Positions 1 through 9,753 of a stretch of 64,000 bases of DNA are shown in pieces. Location of the stretch: assembly GCA_038131165.1 (NCBI GenBank), contig JAYPOZ010000005.1, positions 14,114 through 78,113 of the forward strand, written 5' to 3'. The notes under the pieces were generated by a model. The model searched no databases. It saw only the letters and a list, made by a program, of their open reading frames with translations, and was not told where the DNA came from. Positions within the stretch are counted from its first letter, which is position 1. Every line of letters begins with the position of its first letter. Source of the DNA: Rickettsiales bacterium. Its GTDB lineage: Bacteria > Pseudomonadota > Alphaproteobacteria > UBA8366. Position numbers and translations under genes: made by a program.

Positions 1-1
1 G

Positions 2-1615
2 GTGGCGCTGATGCGCGATCAGGTGGCGGCGCTCAGGCTCAACGGAATCGCGGCGGCGACGATCAATTCCGATCTTTCGCGCGAGGAGAATGTGCGGACC
101 TGGTATGCGGTGCGGGACGGCGAGATCCGGCTGCTCTACCTCTCGCCCGAGCGCTTGATGACGGAGCGCATGCTGGCGGCGCTCGGGCAGCTTGATGTCG
201 GACTGTTTGCCATCGACGAGGCCCACTGCATCTCCCAATGGGGCCCCGCCTTTCGGCCCGAATACGCCATGCTGGCCGATCTGCGGACGCGCTTTCCAGG
301 GGTGCCCGTCATCGGTCTGACCGCGACCGCCGACGGGGCGACGCGAGAGGATATCGAACAGCGCATGTTCGCGGGCGACGTGGTCAGCGTCGTCACCGGC
401 TTCGACCGTCCGAATCTTTCGCTCGGCGTGACGCTCAAGAACAATTGGAAACGCCAGGTCGCGGATTTTGTCGCCGAGCGCAAGGACGCGTCCGGCATTG
501 TCTACTGTTTGTCGCGCCGCAAGACCGAGGAGGTCGCGGAGATGCTGCGCGCCCAAGGGCACAAGGCGCTCGCCTTTCACGCCGGGATGGACAGTGTCGA
601 GAAGGCGGCCATTCAGAACCGTTTTATGACCGAGCCCGGCATCGTCATGGTGGCGACCATCGCCTTCGGCATGGGAATCGACAAGCCGGACATCCGCTAT
701 GTGCTGCACACCGACCTGCCGGGCAGTCCCGAGGCCTATTACCAGGAGATCGGCCGCGCCGGACGTGACGGACTGCCGGCCGAGACCATGCTGTTCTACG
801 GGCTCGACGATATCCGCATGCGCCGGGTCTTCATTGAGGAGGCGGAGACCACCGACGACCACAAGCGCCGGGAGCATAAACGTCTCGATTCTCTGATCGC
901 CTATTGCGAGGCGCCGGATTGCCGGCGACGCATGTTGCTCCGTTACTTCGGCGAGCCGATGCACGAGCCGTGCGGCAATTGCGATACCTGCATCGACCCG
1001 GTGGAGACGACGGACGGCACCGACGAGGCGCGCATGGTCTTGGCCGCCGTGCAAGGGACCGGCAACCGCTTCGGCGTCGCCCATGTGGTCAGCGTGCTGC
1101 GCGGCAAATCCAACGACAAGATCGAGCAACAGGGCCACGACCGCCTCGACGTCTACGGCGCCGGCGCCGGGCGCGGTCAGAAGGAATGGCAAGGCATAAC
1201 CCGCCAAATGGTCGCCGCCGGGTTGTTGGAGATCGATGTAGCGGGATATGGCGGCATCAAGATGACGGCTGCCGGGCAGGCGCTGGCTCGGGGCGAGGGC
1301 GAATTCCGCTACCGCGCCGACCGGATCGCCAAGACGCCGGCCCGCGCCCGGCGCGGAGCCGCCGTCGGCGAGACGGCGCCGCTCGATTCCGCCGCGAATG
1401 CCCTGTTGGCGGTGCTCAAGGCGAAGCGGCTGCGCCTCGCCGAGGAACGCGGCGTGCCCGCCTATGTGATCTTCTCCGACCGCAGCCTGGCCGACATGGC
1501 GGTAAAGCGCCCGGCGACGCGCGCGGAGTTTGCCGAAGTCTTCGGCGTCGGCGAAGCCAAGCTCCGCGATTTCTCGGAAATGTTCCTCGAAATTATCGCG
1601 AAGGACGCGGGCTAA
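2..1615 (+). CDS. recQ: ATP-dependent DNA helicase RecQ (5' truncated by window edge)
   Basis: DEAHCISQWG motif II plus aromatic loop, TATA, VATIAFGMGIDK, QEIGRAGRDG, Zn-binding CRR...CGNCDTC, RQC and C-terminal HRDC (VPAYVIFSDRSL). Confidence 0.96.
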   Translation: MALMRDQVAALRLNGIAAATINSDLSREENVRTWYAVRDGEIRLLYLSPERLMTERMLAALGQLDVGLFAIDEAHCISQWGPAFRPEYAMLADLRTRFPGVPVIGLTATADGATREDIEQRMFAGDVVSVVTGFDRPNLSLGVTLKNNWKRQVADFVAERKDASGIVYCLSRRKTEEVAEMLRAQGHKALAFHAGMDSVEKAAIQNRFMTEPGIVMVATIAFGMGIDKPDIRYVLHTDLPGSPEAYYQEIGRAGRDGLPAETMLFYGLDDIRMRRVFIEEAETTDDHKRREHKRLDSLIAYCEAPDCRRRMLLRYFGEPMHEPCGNCDTCIDPVETTDGTDEARMVLAAVQGTGNRFGVAHVVSVLRGKSNDKIEQQGHDRLDVYGAGAGRGQKEWQGITRQMVAAGLLEIDVAGYGGIKMTAAGQALARGEGEFRYRADRIAKTPARARRGAAVGETAPLDSAANALLAVLKAKRLRLAEERGVPAYVIFSDRSLADMAVKRPATRAEFAEVFGVGEAKLRDFSEMFLEIIAKDAG

Positions 1616-2655
1616 CCCCGCTTCTCCCGCCACAATGCGAGTTTCTCCTGAACCGGGCGGTCGGAGAAGCTGAACAGCACGCAATCCGGGCCGGCCTCGT
1701 GCACGACCGGTTGCCAGCTGGGGGCGACGAAGATGTCGCGGGGGCCCCATTCCAGGGTCCTGCGCCCGATCCGGGTCGTCCCCTTGCCCTCGACGCAGAC
1801 GAAGACGGTGGCGTCGGTCGCCCGGTAGCGTTTCGTCCGGAAGCCCTTCGGCAGCAGTTGGATGAAGGCGCCGATGGTCGGCATCGCGTGGCCGCCGTCG
1901 TTGGGATTGCTGTAGCGCATCTTGAGGCCGTGGCAGGGGTCCCATTCCGCGCGTTTGCGCATGGTCTCCAGCGCTTCGCGCGTGCGCGCATAGGGATAGG
2001 CGAAGAGCGGAGAGACCGGCGACGATGATTTATAGTCGACCGGCAGCATATTGGCGCCGTAGCGGGCCTCGCTGTCGCGATCCGGGGTCGTGATCGGCTG
2101 CTCGTCCTCGGGATAGCCCTCGGCGAAGGAAGTGTTGAAGAACCGGACCAGCGGAATGTCGAGCCCATCGAGCCAGATCATCGGCGCGTCGGATTCGTTG
2201 GCGTGGTCGTGCCAGGACCAGGGCGGCGTGATGACGAAATCGCCTTCTTCCATGATCGTGCGCTCGCCGTCGACGGCGGTCTGGCCGCCAGATCCCTCGA
2301 TGATGAACCGCAGCGCGGACTGGCTGTGCCGGTGGGCCGGGGCAACCTCGCCCGGCAGCACAAGCTGCAGGCCGGAGAACAGCGACGTGGTGATCCGCGC
2401 TTCGCCGGCAAAGCCCGGATTCTCGAGGATCAGCACCCGCCGCTCGGCCTCCTTGGCCGAGATCAACGTGCCCGCCTCCATCAGGCATTCCCGCAAGCGC
2501 GCATAGCGCCACAAATGCGCCCGGCAATCGCTCTTCGGCTCCTTGGTGATCAGGGTGCTGAACACCTGCCAGAGCGGTGCCAGATGGTCGCCTCGGATAC
2601 GGTCGTAATAGGCGAGGCGATCGGGCGATTCGTCGGGTGCATCGTGTATCGACAT
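1612..2655 (-). CDS. gtdA: gentisate 1,2-dioxygenase (bicupin)
   Basis: AERRVLILENPG, APAHRHSQSALRFIIEG, WSWHDH, WLDGLDIP motifs; start placed at ATG 2655 (MSIHD) after AAGGAGA; stop overlaps the recQ stop. Confidence 0.92.
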   Translation of the reverse strand: MSIHDAPDESPDRLAYYDRIRGDHLAPLWQVFSTLITKEPKSDCRAHLWRYARLRECLMEAGTLISAKEAERRVLILENPGFAGEARITTSLFSGLQLVLPGEVAPAHRHSQSALRFIIEGSGGQTAVDGERTIMEEGDFVITPPWSWHDHANESDAPMIWLDGLDIPLVRFFNTSFAEGYPEDEQPITTPDRDSEARYGANMLPVDYKSSSPVSPLFAYPYARTREALETMRKRAEWDPCHGLKMRYSNPNDGGHAMPTIGAFIQLLPKGFRTKRYRATDATVFVCVEGKGTTRIGRRTLEWGPRDIFVAPSWQPVVHEAGPDCVLFSFSDRPVQEKLALWREKRG

Positions 2656-2770
2656 CGGGCTTGTCTCCTTCCCTGGCTCGGGGCGATTGTGGTGCCGTAT
2701 CCGAATATTGACCGGTATCAATGCGGCTGCTCGCCGTTCGTTGCGAGTATGATAGCGAACAACCGATCGG

Positions 2771-3229
2771 ATGTCGCAGATGAAGAAAATCGTAACTTGG
2801 GTCCTGGTGGCCGATGCGGGCGCCGGGCAGGTCTATGTCAACGAGGGGCCGGGGCGCGGTCTCGCAGCCGTGGCCGGGGGGACATTCGAAGCCGATCCGT
2901 CCAAAGGGCAGGACGTCTTCAGCGACCGCGAAGGGCGGAGTTTCGACAGGGTGGGCGGCGGCCGGCACGCGATGGCGCCGCCGACGAGTGCGCGCGAACA
3001 GGGGCGGGAGAGCTTCGCGAAGGAGATGGTGCATTGGCTGGAGGCGCCGGCGCGGGCGAAGGCCTTCGACCGATTGGCGCTCGTGGCCGAGCCGAAGACC
3101 CTCGGCGTTCTGCGCGATGCGCTCTCTCCGGCAACGCAAAAGAAAGTCGTGGCGGAGCTGGCGAAGGATCTGACCAAGGCCGGCGCGCCCGAAATCGCCC
3201 GTGCGCTCGGCGATCAGATAGACGTATAG
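2771..3229 (+). CDS. host-attachment (AtsE/baeRF12-like) family protein
   Basis: TWVLVAD start, SDREGRSF, RLALVAEPKTLGVLR, KDLTK pattern typical of the family; alternative start 2780. Confidence 0.8.
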   Translation: MSQMKKIVTWVLVADAGAGQVYVNEGPGRGLAAVAGGTFEADPSKGQDVFSDREGRSFDRVGGGRHAMAPPTSAREQGRESFAKEMVHWLEAPARAKAFDRLALVAEPKTLGVLRDALSPATQKKVVAELAKDLTKAGAPEIARALGDQIDV

Positions 3230-3236
3230 GCGGCGC

Positions 3237-4433
3237 TTACAAAATCTGGCCACCGGTCTCGTCGACGCCGTTGTAGAGCCACGCCATGCCGTCATAGGCC
3301 TGCGCCGGCGTGCGCGGGGCCAGGGCACGGTTGCGGAGCTCGCGGGTGACGCCTTCCGCATGATAGACGTCGCCGTAGAACCGCGCGGTCAGTTGGACCC
3401 GGCCGGTCCGCAGATAACGCTTGTCCCGATAGGCTCGAAACGCGGCCGCGAGATCCTGGCCGTGCCGGTCGACCTGATGGGCGAGGCACACCGCGTCCTC
3501 GATCGCCATGCAGGCGCCCTGCGCCAGATATTGCAGCATCGGATGCGCGGCGTCGCCGAGCAGGGCGATAGGCCCTCGGCTCCATTCCTTGATCGGCTCG
3601 CGGTCGCAGAGCACCCACATGCGCCAGGAGTCTATCTTGCCGAGCAATTCCAGGACATGGGGATGCTCGCCGGAGAACCGTTGGAACAGCTCGTCCGCGT
3701 CGCCGAAGACGTCCCAGCCCTCCTCGTAGCGGTCGCTGTGGAAGACGGCCACAAGATTGAAGATCTCGCTGCGCCGCAACGGATACTGGACCAGATGGGT
3801 GCGCGGTCCGGCCCAGAGCACGACTTCGTTCCAGCGGAGATGCGCCGGCATCTCCTCGGCGGGCAGGACGGCGCGGTAGGCAATGTGCCCCGAGACGCGG
3901 GGCGGACCGTCGCCGATCAGGGTCTCGCGAATCTTCGACCAGAGTCCGTCGGCGCCGATCAGCCCGGCGCCTTCGGCTCGCCCGCCGTCCTGGAGGGTGG
4001 CGGTCACCCGGTCGCCATCGGTCTCGTAGCCGGTCACTTTGGCGGCAGTCACGAGGTCGACCAGCGGCTCGGCGCGGCAGGCGTCGATCAAGGCATTCTG
4101 CAGGTCCGGGCGATAGGTCACCGCGTAGGGATAGGGGAAGCGCGCGCGGAAACCGTCGTCGTTCAGGGGCACCCGGGTGACGACCTCGCCGTCGAGCGCA
4201 TCGCGCATGACGAGCGCGTCCGGCCGGACGGCGGTCTCTTCGATGGCTTCGGTCAGTCCCAGTTGTTCGAACATCCGGAAGACGTTCGGGCCGAGCTGGA
4301 TGCCGGCGCCGATCTCGCCGAAGGCGCGGGATTGCTCCAGCAGGCGTACCGGGCGGCCCTTCCGCGCCAGCGCCAATGCCGCGGCGGCGCCGCCGATACC
4401 GCCGCCGGCGATCAGGATGGGGTCGTCGTTCAC
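3237..4433 (-). CDS. 3-hydroxybenzoate 6-monooxygenase (FAD-dependent)
   Basis: GGGIGG, EIGAGIQLGPN, IGADGLWS, LLGDAAHPMLQYLAQGACMAIED; lies next to gentisate dioxygenase. Confidence 0.88.
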   Translation of the reverse strand: MNDDPILIAGGGIGGAAAALALARKGRPVRLLEQSRAFGEIGAGIQLGPNVFRMFEQLGLTEAIEETAVRPDALVMRDALDGEVVTRVPLNDDGFRARFPYPYAVTYRPDLQNALIDACRAEPLVDLVTAAKVTGYETDGDRVTATLQDGGRAEGAGLIGADGLWSKIRETLIGDGPPRVSGHIAYRAVLPAEEMPAHLRWNEVVLWAGPRTHLVQYPLRRSEIFNLVAVFHSDRYEEGWDVFGDADELFQRFSGEHPHVLELLGKIDSWRMWVLCDREPIKEWSRGPIALLGDAAHPMLQYLAQGACMAIEDAVCLAHQVDRHGQDLAAAFRAYRDKRYLRTGRVQLTARFYGDVYHAEGVTRELRNRALAPRTPAQAYDGMAWLYNGVDETGGQIL

Positions 4434-4452
4434 GTCGTCTGCCCCGGCTCGG

Positions 4453-4498
4453 GTTTACATTAATCAGTATTATGCGCATAATACTGATTAATGTAAAC
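4453..4498. promoter_or_regulatory. perfect 46-bp palindrome containing mirror-image sigma70-like promoters / probable MarR operator
   Basis: GTTTACATTAATCAGTATTATGC|GCATAATACTGATTAATGTAAAC is fully self-complementary; TTTACA (4454-4459), 17 bp, CATAAT (4477-4482) on both strands, between divergent genes. Confidence 0.75.
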
Positions 4499-4514
4499 AG
4501 CCGCTGGAGGCGAC

Positions 4515-5855
4515 ATGGCCGAGCATCCCGGTATGCGAACGATCCGGCGCGGCGCGGGCGGGCCGGAGCGGATCGTCTGCGATGTTTGCGTGATCGGCAG
4601 CGGGGCCGCCGGCCTCTCCGCCGCGCTCGAGGCCCGGGCGCTCGGCAAGGACGTCGTCCTGGTCGACGGCGCGCCGCAGATCGGCGGTCAGGCGGTCAAT
4701 TCCTTCATCGGCACGATCTGCGGCCTCTACAGCAACGGGCTGGACCCCTACCGCGTGACCTATGGCGCGATGGACGGCTTGCTGTCGGATCTGTTTTCCG
4801 CCGGCGCGGCCAATGCCCGGCGGGCGCGCAACACCACCATTGTCGACTATTCGGCGAACGCCTGGATGCGCTGGGCGGAACGGCAGGTCGCGGAGCGGGA
4901 GATCACGCCGCTGTTGGGCGCGGTCCTGCGCGACGTGGCGCGCGAGGGCGAACGGATCGTCGAGCTGTCGCTGGCGACGCGCTGGGGCGATTATGCGATC
5001 CGGCCGCGCTATGTGATCGACGCCTCCGGCGATGCGGTCGTCCCTTGGCTCGCCGATCTGCCGCTCAACGAGGCGGACCAGGAGATATACGGAACCGTCA
5101 TGGCGGTGTTCGAGAATGTCGATGTCGCCGTCTCCGACACCATTCCCCGCGGCGACTACCACGAGGCGATGCGGCGTCGGGGCGCCGAGTTCGGCCTGAT
5201 CCGGTTCGACGGTTTCATCTTCTCTATGGCGGAGGAAGGCAAGGTGCTCTTGAACCAGACCCATATTCCGACGCCGCAGGACGCCGTCGGCATCAACCGG
5301 GCGATGTTCGAGGGGCGCCGCCAAGTCGATGGATTGCTGGCACTGTTCCGCGAGGAATTTCCGCGGGCCTTCGCCAATGCACGGGTCGCGACCTACGGCC
5401 AGACCGGCATCCGCCAGACCCGAACGATCATGGGACAGAGTCGCATGGCCGTGGAAGACGTCCGCGACGGCGTGCGCCCGGACGACGCCATCGGCCGCTG
5501 CAGCTGGCCGATAGAGCTGCACACACGGGTCGAAGACACGTCCTGGGAGATATTCGGCGAGGCCCACATGCACTACATGCCCTATGGCGCCATGGTGCCG
5601 CAGGGCATGGACAATCTGGTGGTCGCGGGGCGCTGCATCGACGCCGAGCCGGCGGCGCTCGCCAGCGTGCGGGTGATGGGTCCGTGTTTTTCGATGGGCC
5701 GGGCGGCGGCCGCGGCGGTCGATCTGGTCGACGGCGGTTCGCTGCGTCAGATCGACATCTCGGCGCTGCAGGCAACGCTCGACGACAATCTCGAGGCGCG
5801 GCGCAAGGATCCCTGGCTTCGGGATATCCGCGAGGAAGCGTCGGCACGTGGCTAA
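4515..5855 (+). CDS. FAD-dependent oxidoreductase (FAD_oxidored-like family)
   Basis: DVCVIGSGAAG, IDASGDA, GIRQTR, NLVVAGRCI, SVRVMGPCFSMGRAA; GGAGG RBS. Confidence 0.85.
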   Translation: MAEHPGMRTIRRGAGGPERIVCDVCVIGSGAAGLSAALEARALGKDVVLVDGAPQIGGQAVNSFIGTICGLYSNGLDPYRVTYGAMDGLLSDLFSAGAANARRARNTTIVDYSANAWMRWAERQVAEREITPLLGAVLRDVAREGERIVELSLATRWGDYAIRPRYVIDASGDAVVPWLADLPLNEADQEIYGTVMAVFENVDVAVSDTIPRGDYHEAMRRRGAEFGLIRFDGFIFSMAEEGKVLLNQTHIPTPQDAVGINRAMFEGRRQVDGLLALFREEFPRAFANARVATYGQTGIRQTRTIMGQSRMAVEDVRDGVRPDDAIGRCSWPIELHTRVEDTSWEIFGEAHMHYMPYGAMVPQGMDNLVVAGRCIDAEPAALASVRVMGPCFSMGRAAAAAVDLVDGGSLRQIDISALQATLDDNLEARRKDPWLRDIREEASARG

Positions 5856-6339
5856 GGCGAAACCCCCCGCCGGTGAGAGCCGGCCGGCCTCGTTTCAGGA
5901 GATGCCCGGCCATCTGCTGCGCCGGTGTCAGCAAATCGCGGTTTCGATTTTTCTGAAGGAATGCCGGGCGTGCGATCTGACGCCGCTTCAGTTCGCGGCT
6001 CTCTCCGCCCTGGCGGAGCACGGCGCGCTCGACCAGGCGCATCTCGGCGGCATTTCGGCGCTGGACCGCACGACCGTGAGCGTGATCGTGCGGAAACTGG
6101 AAAGCCGCGCTCTGGTCACCCGTGCCCGCAACCGGGCGGACCGCCGCTCGAAGCTGATCTCCATTACCGCGAAGGGCCGGGCGCTGCTCCGCCGGGTCCT
6201 GCCTCGGGTGCAGGCGGCGCAGGACCGTATTCTGGCTCCCCTGAACGATCGGGAACGCGCGCAGTTCACCGCCCTGATGCGTAAGGTGGCGGATGCCAAT
6301 AACCTGGAAAGCCGCGCCCCGTACCGGCTTGCCGATTAG
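5848..6339 (+). CDS. MarR family transcriptional regulator
   Basis: PGHLLRRCQQ, LTPLQFAAL, LDRTTVS, DRRSKLISITAKG; overlaps the upstream stop. Confidence 0.92.
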   Translation: MAKAKPPAGESRPASFQEMPGHLLRRCQQIAVSIFLKECRACDLTPLQFAALSALAEHGALDQAHLGGISALDRTTVSVIVRKLESRALVTRARNRADRRSKLISITAKGRALLRRVLPRVQAAQDRILAPLNDRERAQFTALMRKVADANNLESRAPYRLAD

Positions 6340-7157
6340 GCGAGCTTGGCGAGATGGCGGGCGACGATATCCGCCACTTGCTGGGGATGCGTCAGGGGCG
6401 ACATGTGTTCCGCCTCCGGGATCACGACGTAGGACGCGCCGGGGATCGTGTCGCGCAGCAGCTCGGTGACCCGCCTGTCTGGCGCGGTCGTTCGTTCGCC
6501 GCAGACTATGGTCACCGGCAGGTTCAACGACCGGCAATCCGAGAGGGTCGTCGGGTTCGCCAGATTGGACTGGAACGCCTTATAGGTCGCGTCGGTCTGT
6601 GCCAGAAACCGCGCCCGGGTCTTCTCGGGGAATCCGTCCCAGCTGCCCGCGCCGTTGCGGTAGTCGATGAAGAAGCGCCAGGCGTCGACATACCGGCCCT
6701 CGGCCACCCGGTCGAGAAAGCCATAAGCCAGAACTTCGTACTCGGCGAAAAGATCTGCTTCGCCAGCCTCCGGCAGCAACCGGGCCAGCATGGGCTCGAT
6801 CAGGACGAGGCTGCGGACCGGGGCCAACCCGCGCAGGACCATCCGCACCGCGCCGGCCCCGCCATAGGAATGTCCGACAATATCGATGGGAGATTTCGCG
6901 AGTCCCGCATCTCTCAACACGGCGGCGGCCAGATCCGCCTGATCGTCGTGCTGCAACACCGTTTCGCGTTGCCAGGACGCGCTGCCGCCGTGGCCATAGA
7001 AGTCCGGCGTCAAATGGCGGTGCCCGGGCATCATCGCGTCGGTGACCTTGCGCCATTGCGCGCCGGAACTGCCGCCGGAATGCAGGAGCAGTAGGGGTGC
7101 GCCCTCGCCGCTATCGCCGTAGTGAACTTCGGTGCCCCTATGTTCGAAAGTCGGCAT
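6336..7157 (-). CDS. alpha/beta-fold hydrolase
   Basis: GHSYGG nucleophile elbow, C-terminal EAEHMSPL His; start at MPTFEH. Confidence 0.87.
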   Translation of the reverse strand: MPTFEHRGTEVHYGDSGEGAPLLLLHSGGSSGAQWRKVTDAMMPGHRHLTPDFYGHGGSASWQRETVLQHDDQADLAAAVLRDAGLAKSPIDIVGHSYGGAGAVRMVLRGLAPVRSLVLIEPMLARLLPEAGEADLFAEYEVLAYGFLDRVAEGRYVDAWRFFIDYRNGAGSWDGFPEKTRARFLAQTDATYKAFQSNLANPTTLSDCRSLNLPVTIVCGERTTAPDRRVTELLRDTIPGASYVVIPEAEHMSPLTHPQQVADIVARHLAKLA

Positions 7158-7236
7158 GCCGCCCCATTCCGCCTGTCTTCGCCGACAGGAATGTTGGATG
7201 ATCGGCACCGGGAATCAAACGCGCGGTGCAGAATAG

Positions 7237-8853
7237 ATGGCGAAAGCCGAAACACCCGTTGCGGCCGGGGAGGGAACGATGCGGGAATCGTCCGCCGGCT
7301 TGGCCGAGCGCTACGGGGCGGCCTATCCCTGGCTGGTGGCGATCACCACGCTCTCCGCTTTTGCCACCGCCGTCCTCACCAGCAGCATCGTCAATGTCGC
7401 GGTCCCCGACGTGATGGGTGCCTTCGGCGTGGGGCAGGACCGGGTACAGTTCATCGCGACCGCGTTCTTCGCGACGATGACCGCGAGCCTGCTGCTCAGT
7501 CCATGGGCGGTGGCGCGCTTTGGCCCGCGGCTGACCTTCTCGGTCTCGCTGGCGTTCTTCACCCTCGGCGCCCTGATGTGCACCTTCAGCGCGAGCCTGC
7601 CCGCGATCATTGTCGGCCGCGTCGTCCAGGGCTTTGCGTCCGGCATCTTGCAGCCGCTGGTCATGGTGTCGCTGGTGCAGGCCTTTCCGCCCGAGCGGCG
7701 GGGCCTGGCGATGGGCCTGTTCAGCATGGGCATCGTCTGCGCCCATGGCGTCGGGCCCTATTTCGGCGGCTTGACCATCGATCATTTCAATTGGCGGCTG
7801 ATCTTTTTGGTCCCGCTGCCGGTCGTGTTTTTCGCGTTCGCAATGGGGTTGATCTTTCTGCCGCGCCGGGCGTCGGGATCGGCGGGGCCCAGAATCCTCT
7901 TCGATTTCCGGGGATTCGGGCTCTTGTGCATCGCGCTCTTCAGCGTGATGACAGCGATCGCGAACGGCCAGCGCGACGGCTGGGTTTCGGACGGGATTCT
8001 TATGCTCCTGCTGATCGCCGTGATTTCGGGAGGCGGGTTCGTGGCCTCGCAGCTTCGGCGCGGCGCCGGAATGCTGGACCTGACGTTGTTCCGGAACATT
8101 CCGTTCTCGGCGGCGATCTGCGTGGCCTTCGTCTACGGACTGTCGAACTTCGCCGGCGTCTATCTCTACCCGGTGTTCGGCCAGTTGGTGCAGGATTACA
8201 CGCCGACGGCGGCTGGATTTCTGATCCTGCCGGGAACCTTGTTCGCGGCGTTGATTCTGCCGCTGACGGGCCGCTTCGCCGATATTGCGCCGCCGCAATT
8301 CGGCATTGCCCTGGGCGTGTCTCTGTTCGCGGCCAGCAATCTCGTCCTCGCGGGCGCGGACATCAGCACGATGTTTCCGGTGGTTGCCTTCCTGATCTTC
8401 GTCGGCCGGGTGGGGCTCGCCTTCATGACGCCGGCGATGACCAGCGCCGCGCTCGGAGCGCTTCCGCCCGAGAAGCTGAGCCAGGGGGCGGCCATCGTTA
8501 ACTTCACCATGCTTGGCGGCGGGGCCCTCGGCATCAATGGGCTCGTCGTTATTCTCGATCGCCGCACGCAGTTTCACGGCGACGCCCTGACCGCGACACA
8601 GACTTCGGCCAATCCGGCGACGCGGGAATTGCTCGCCAGCGTCGCCCGCTTGCTCGGCGAGGAAGGCTTCGCCGAGGCGTTGCGCCCGTCGGTGGCCCTC
8701 AATTATCTGGGCGAGGTGTTGCACGCGCAGGCGAATACTTTCGGTTTTCAGGACGGTTTCACGGCCATCGCCATCGTCGCGATGCTGGGGCTCGCTCCCG
8801 CCGCGGTGCTGCATCTGAACGCGCGCACCGGCAAAAGGCCCCATACGCAATGA
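7237..8853 (+). CDS. DHA2 (EmrB/QacA-like) MFS transporter
   Basis: About 14 hydrophobic segments, IVNVAVP, GRVVQG, FPPERRG, WRLIFL motifs. Confidence 0.9.
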   Translation: MAKAETPVAAGEGTMRESSAGLAERYGAAYPWLVAITTLSAFATAVLTSSIVNVAVPDVMGAFGVGQDRVQFIATAFFATMTASLLLSPWAVARFGPRLTFSVSLAFFTLGALMCTFSASLPAIIVGRVVQGFASGILQPLVMVSLVQAFPPERRGLAMGLFSMGIVCAHGVGPYFGGLTIDHFNWRLIFLVPLPVVFFAFAMGLIFLPRRASGSAGPRILFDFRGFGLLCIALFSVMTAIANGQRDGWVSDGILMLLLIAVISGGGFVASQLRRGAGMLDLTLFRNIPFSAAICVAFVYGLSNFAGVYLYPVFGQLVQDYTPTAAGFLILPGTLFAALILPLTGRFADIAPPQFGIALGVSLFAASNLVLAGADISTMFPVVAFLIFVGRVGLAFMTPAMTSAALGALPPEKLSQGAAIVNFTMLGGGALGINGLVVILDRRTQFHGDALTATQTSANPATRELLASVARLLGEEGFAEALRPSVALNYLGEVLHAQANTFGFQDGFTAIAIVAMLGLAPAAVLHLNARTGKRPHTQ

Positions 8854-9740
8854 CCGCCCGTCCGGAGCAAGATACGCCGCGCGCCCGGCGCCTCGTCGCC
8901 ATCGGGCTGATGGCGGCCGGATCGATCGCGATCAGTTTCGGCGGCCTGATCGTGCGCAGTATCGAGCAGGCGGACGAGTGGCAGCTGATGTTCTACCGCG
9001 CCATGGGTCTTTCGTTTTCGGCTTCCGTCTTGGTCGCAATACGATACCGACGCCACACGATCTTCCGCATCCGCGACATCGGCTGGCCGGGACTCTGGGG
9101 CGCCTGCCTCGTCGCCGTCGCCAGCATGGCCTTCGTGCAGGCGGTCACCCATACCACTGTCGCCAATGCCCTGTTTATGCTGTGTGCGATCCCTTTCATC
9201 AGCGCGGCCTTCGCGCGCCTGTTCCTGAAGGAAGCACTGGCATGGCCGACGGTGGTCACGATGGCGCTGGCGGCCGCGGGGGTCGGCGTCATGCTGATCG
9301 AGGGGTTCGGAATCGGCTCCGTCTTCGGCAATGGAATGGGCTTGCTGACGGCGCTGGCCTTCGCGGCTTATGCGGTCATCGTGAGATGGCGCCGCGACGT
9401 CGACATGATGCCGGTCTTGATCGTCTCGTCGCTGATCATCATGGCGACGGCGACGGTCGTGACGCGGGGAGCACTCGATGTGCCGTGGCACGAGATTGCG
9501 CTCTGTCTGTTGTGGGGCGGCGTGCTTTCCGGTTTTGCCAACTGGATGTTCATCCTCGCGTCGCGCCAGCTGATCGCCGCCGAAGTGACGCTGATAATGC
9601 TTTTGGAATTCGTCTTCGGCCCGATTTGGGTCTGGCTCTTCGTAAACGAAGTGCCGACAGAATGGACGATGGTAGGAGGCCTGCTGGTGATCGGCGCCGT
9701 CGCCTTCCGCGCTTTGGTCGAACTGAGGCACCCGGGCTGA
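8850..9740 (+). CDS. DMT/EamA family transporter
   Basis: About 10 TM segments in two repeats, LLEFVFGPIWVWL; ATGA-coupled to the MFS gene. Confidence 0.87.
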   Translation: MTARPEQDTPRARRLVAIGLMAAGSIAISFGGLIVRSIEQADEWQLMFYRAMGLSFSASVLVAIRYRRHTIFRIRDIGWPGLWGACLVAVASMAFVQAVTHTTVANALFMLCAIPFISAAFARLFLKEALAWPTVVTMALAAAGVGVMLIEGFGIGSVFGNGMGLLTALAFAAYAVIVRWRRDVDMMPVLIVSSLIIMATATVVTRGALDVPWHEIALCLLWGGVLSGFANWMFILASRQLIAAEVTLIMLLEFVFGPIWVWLFVNEVPTEWTMVGGLLVIGAVAFRALVELRHPG

Positions 9741-9753
9741 CCCGACCCGGCTT

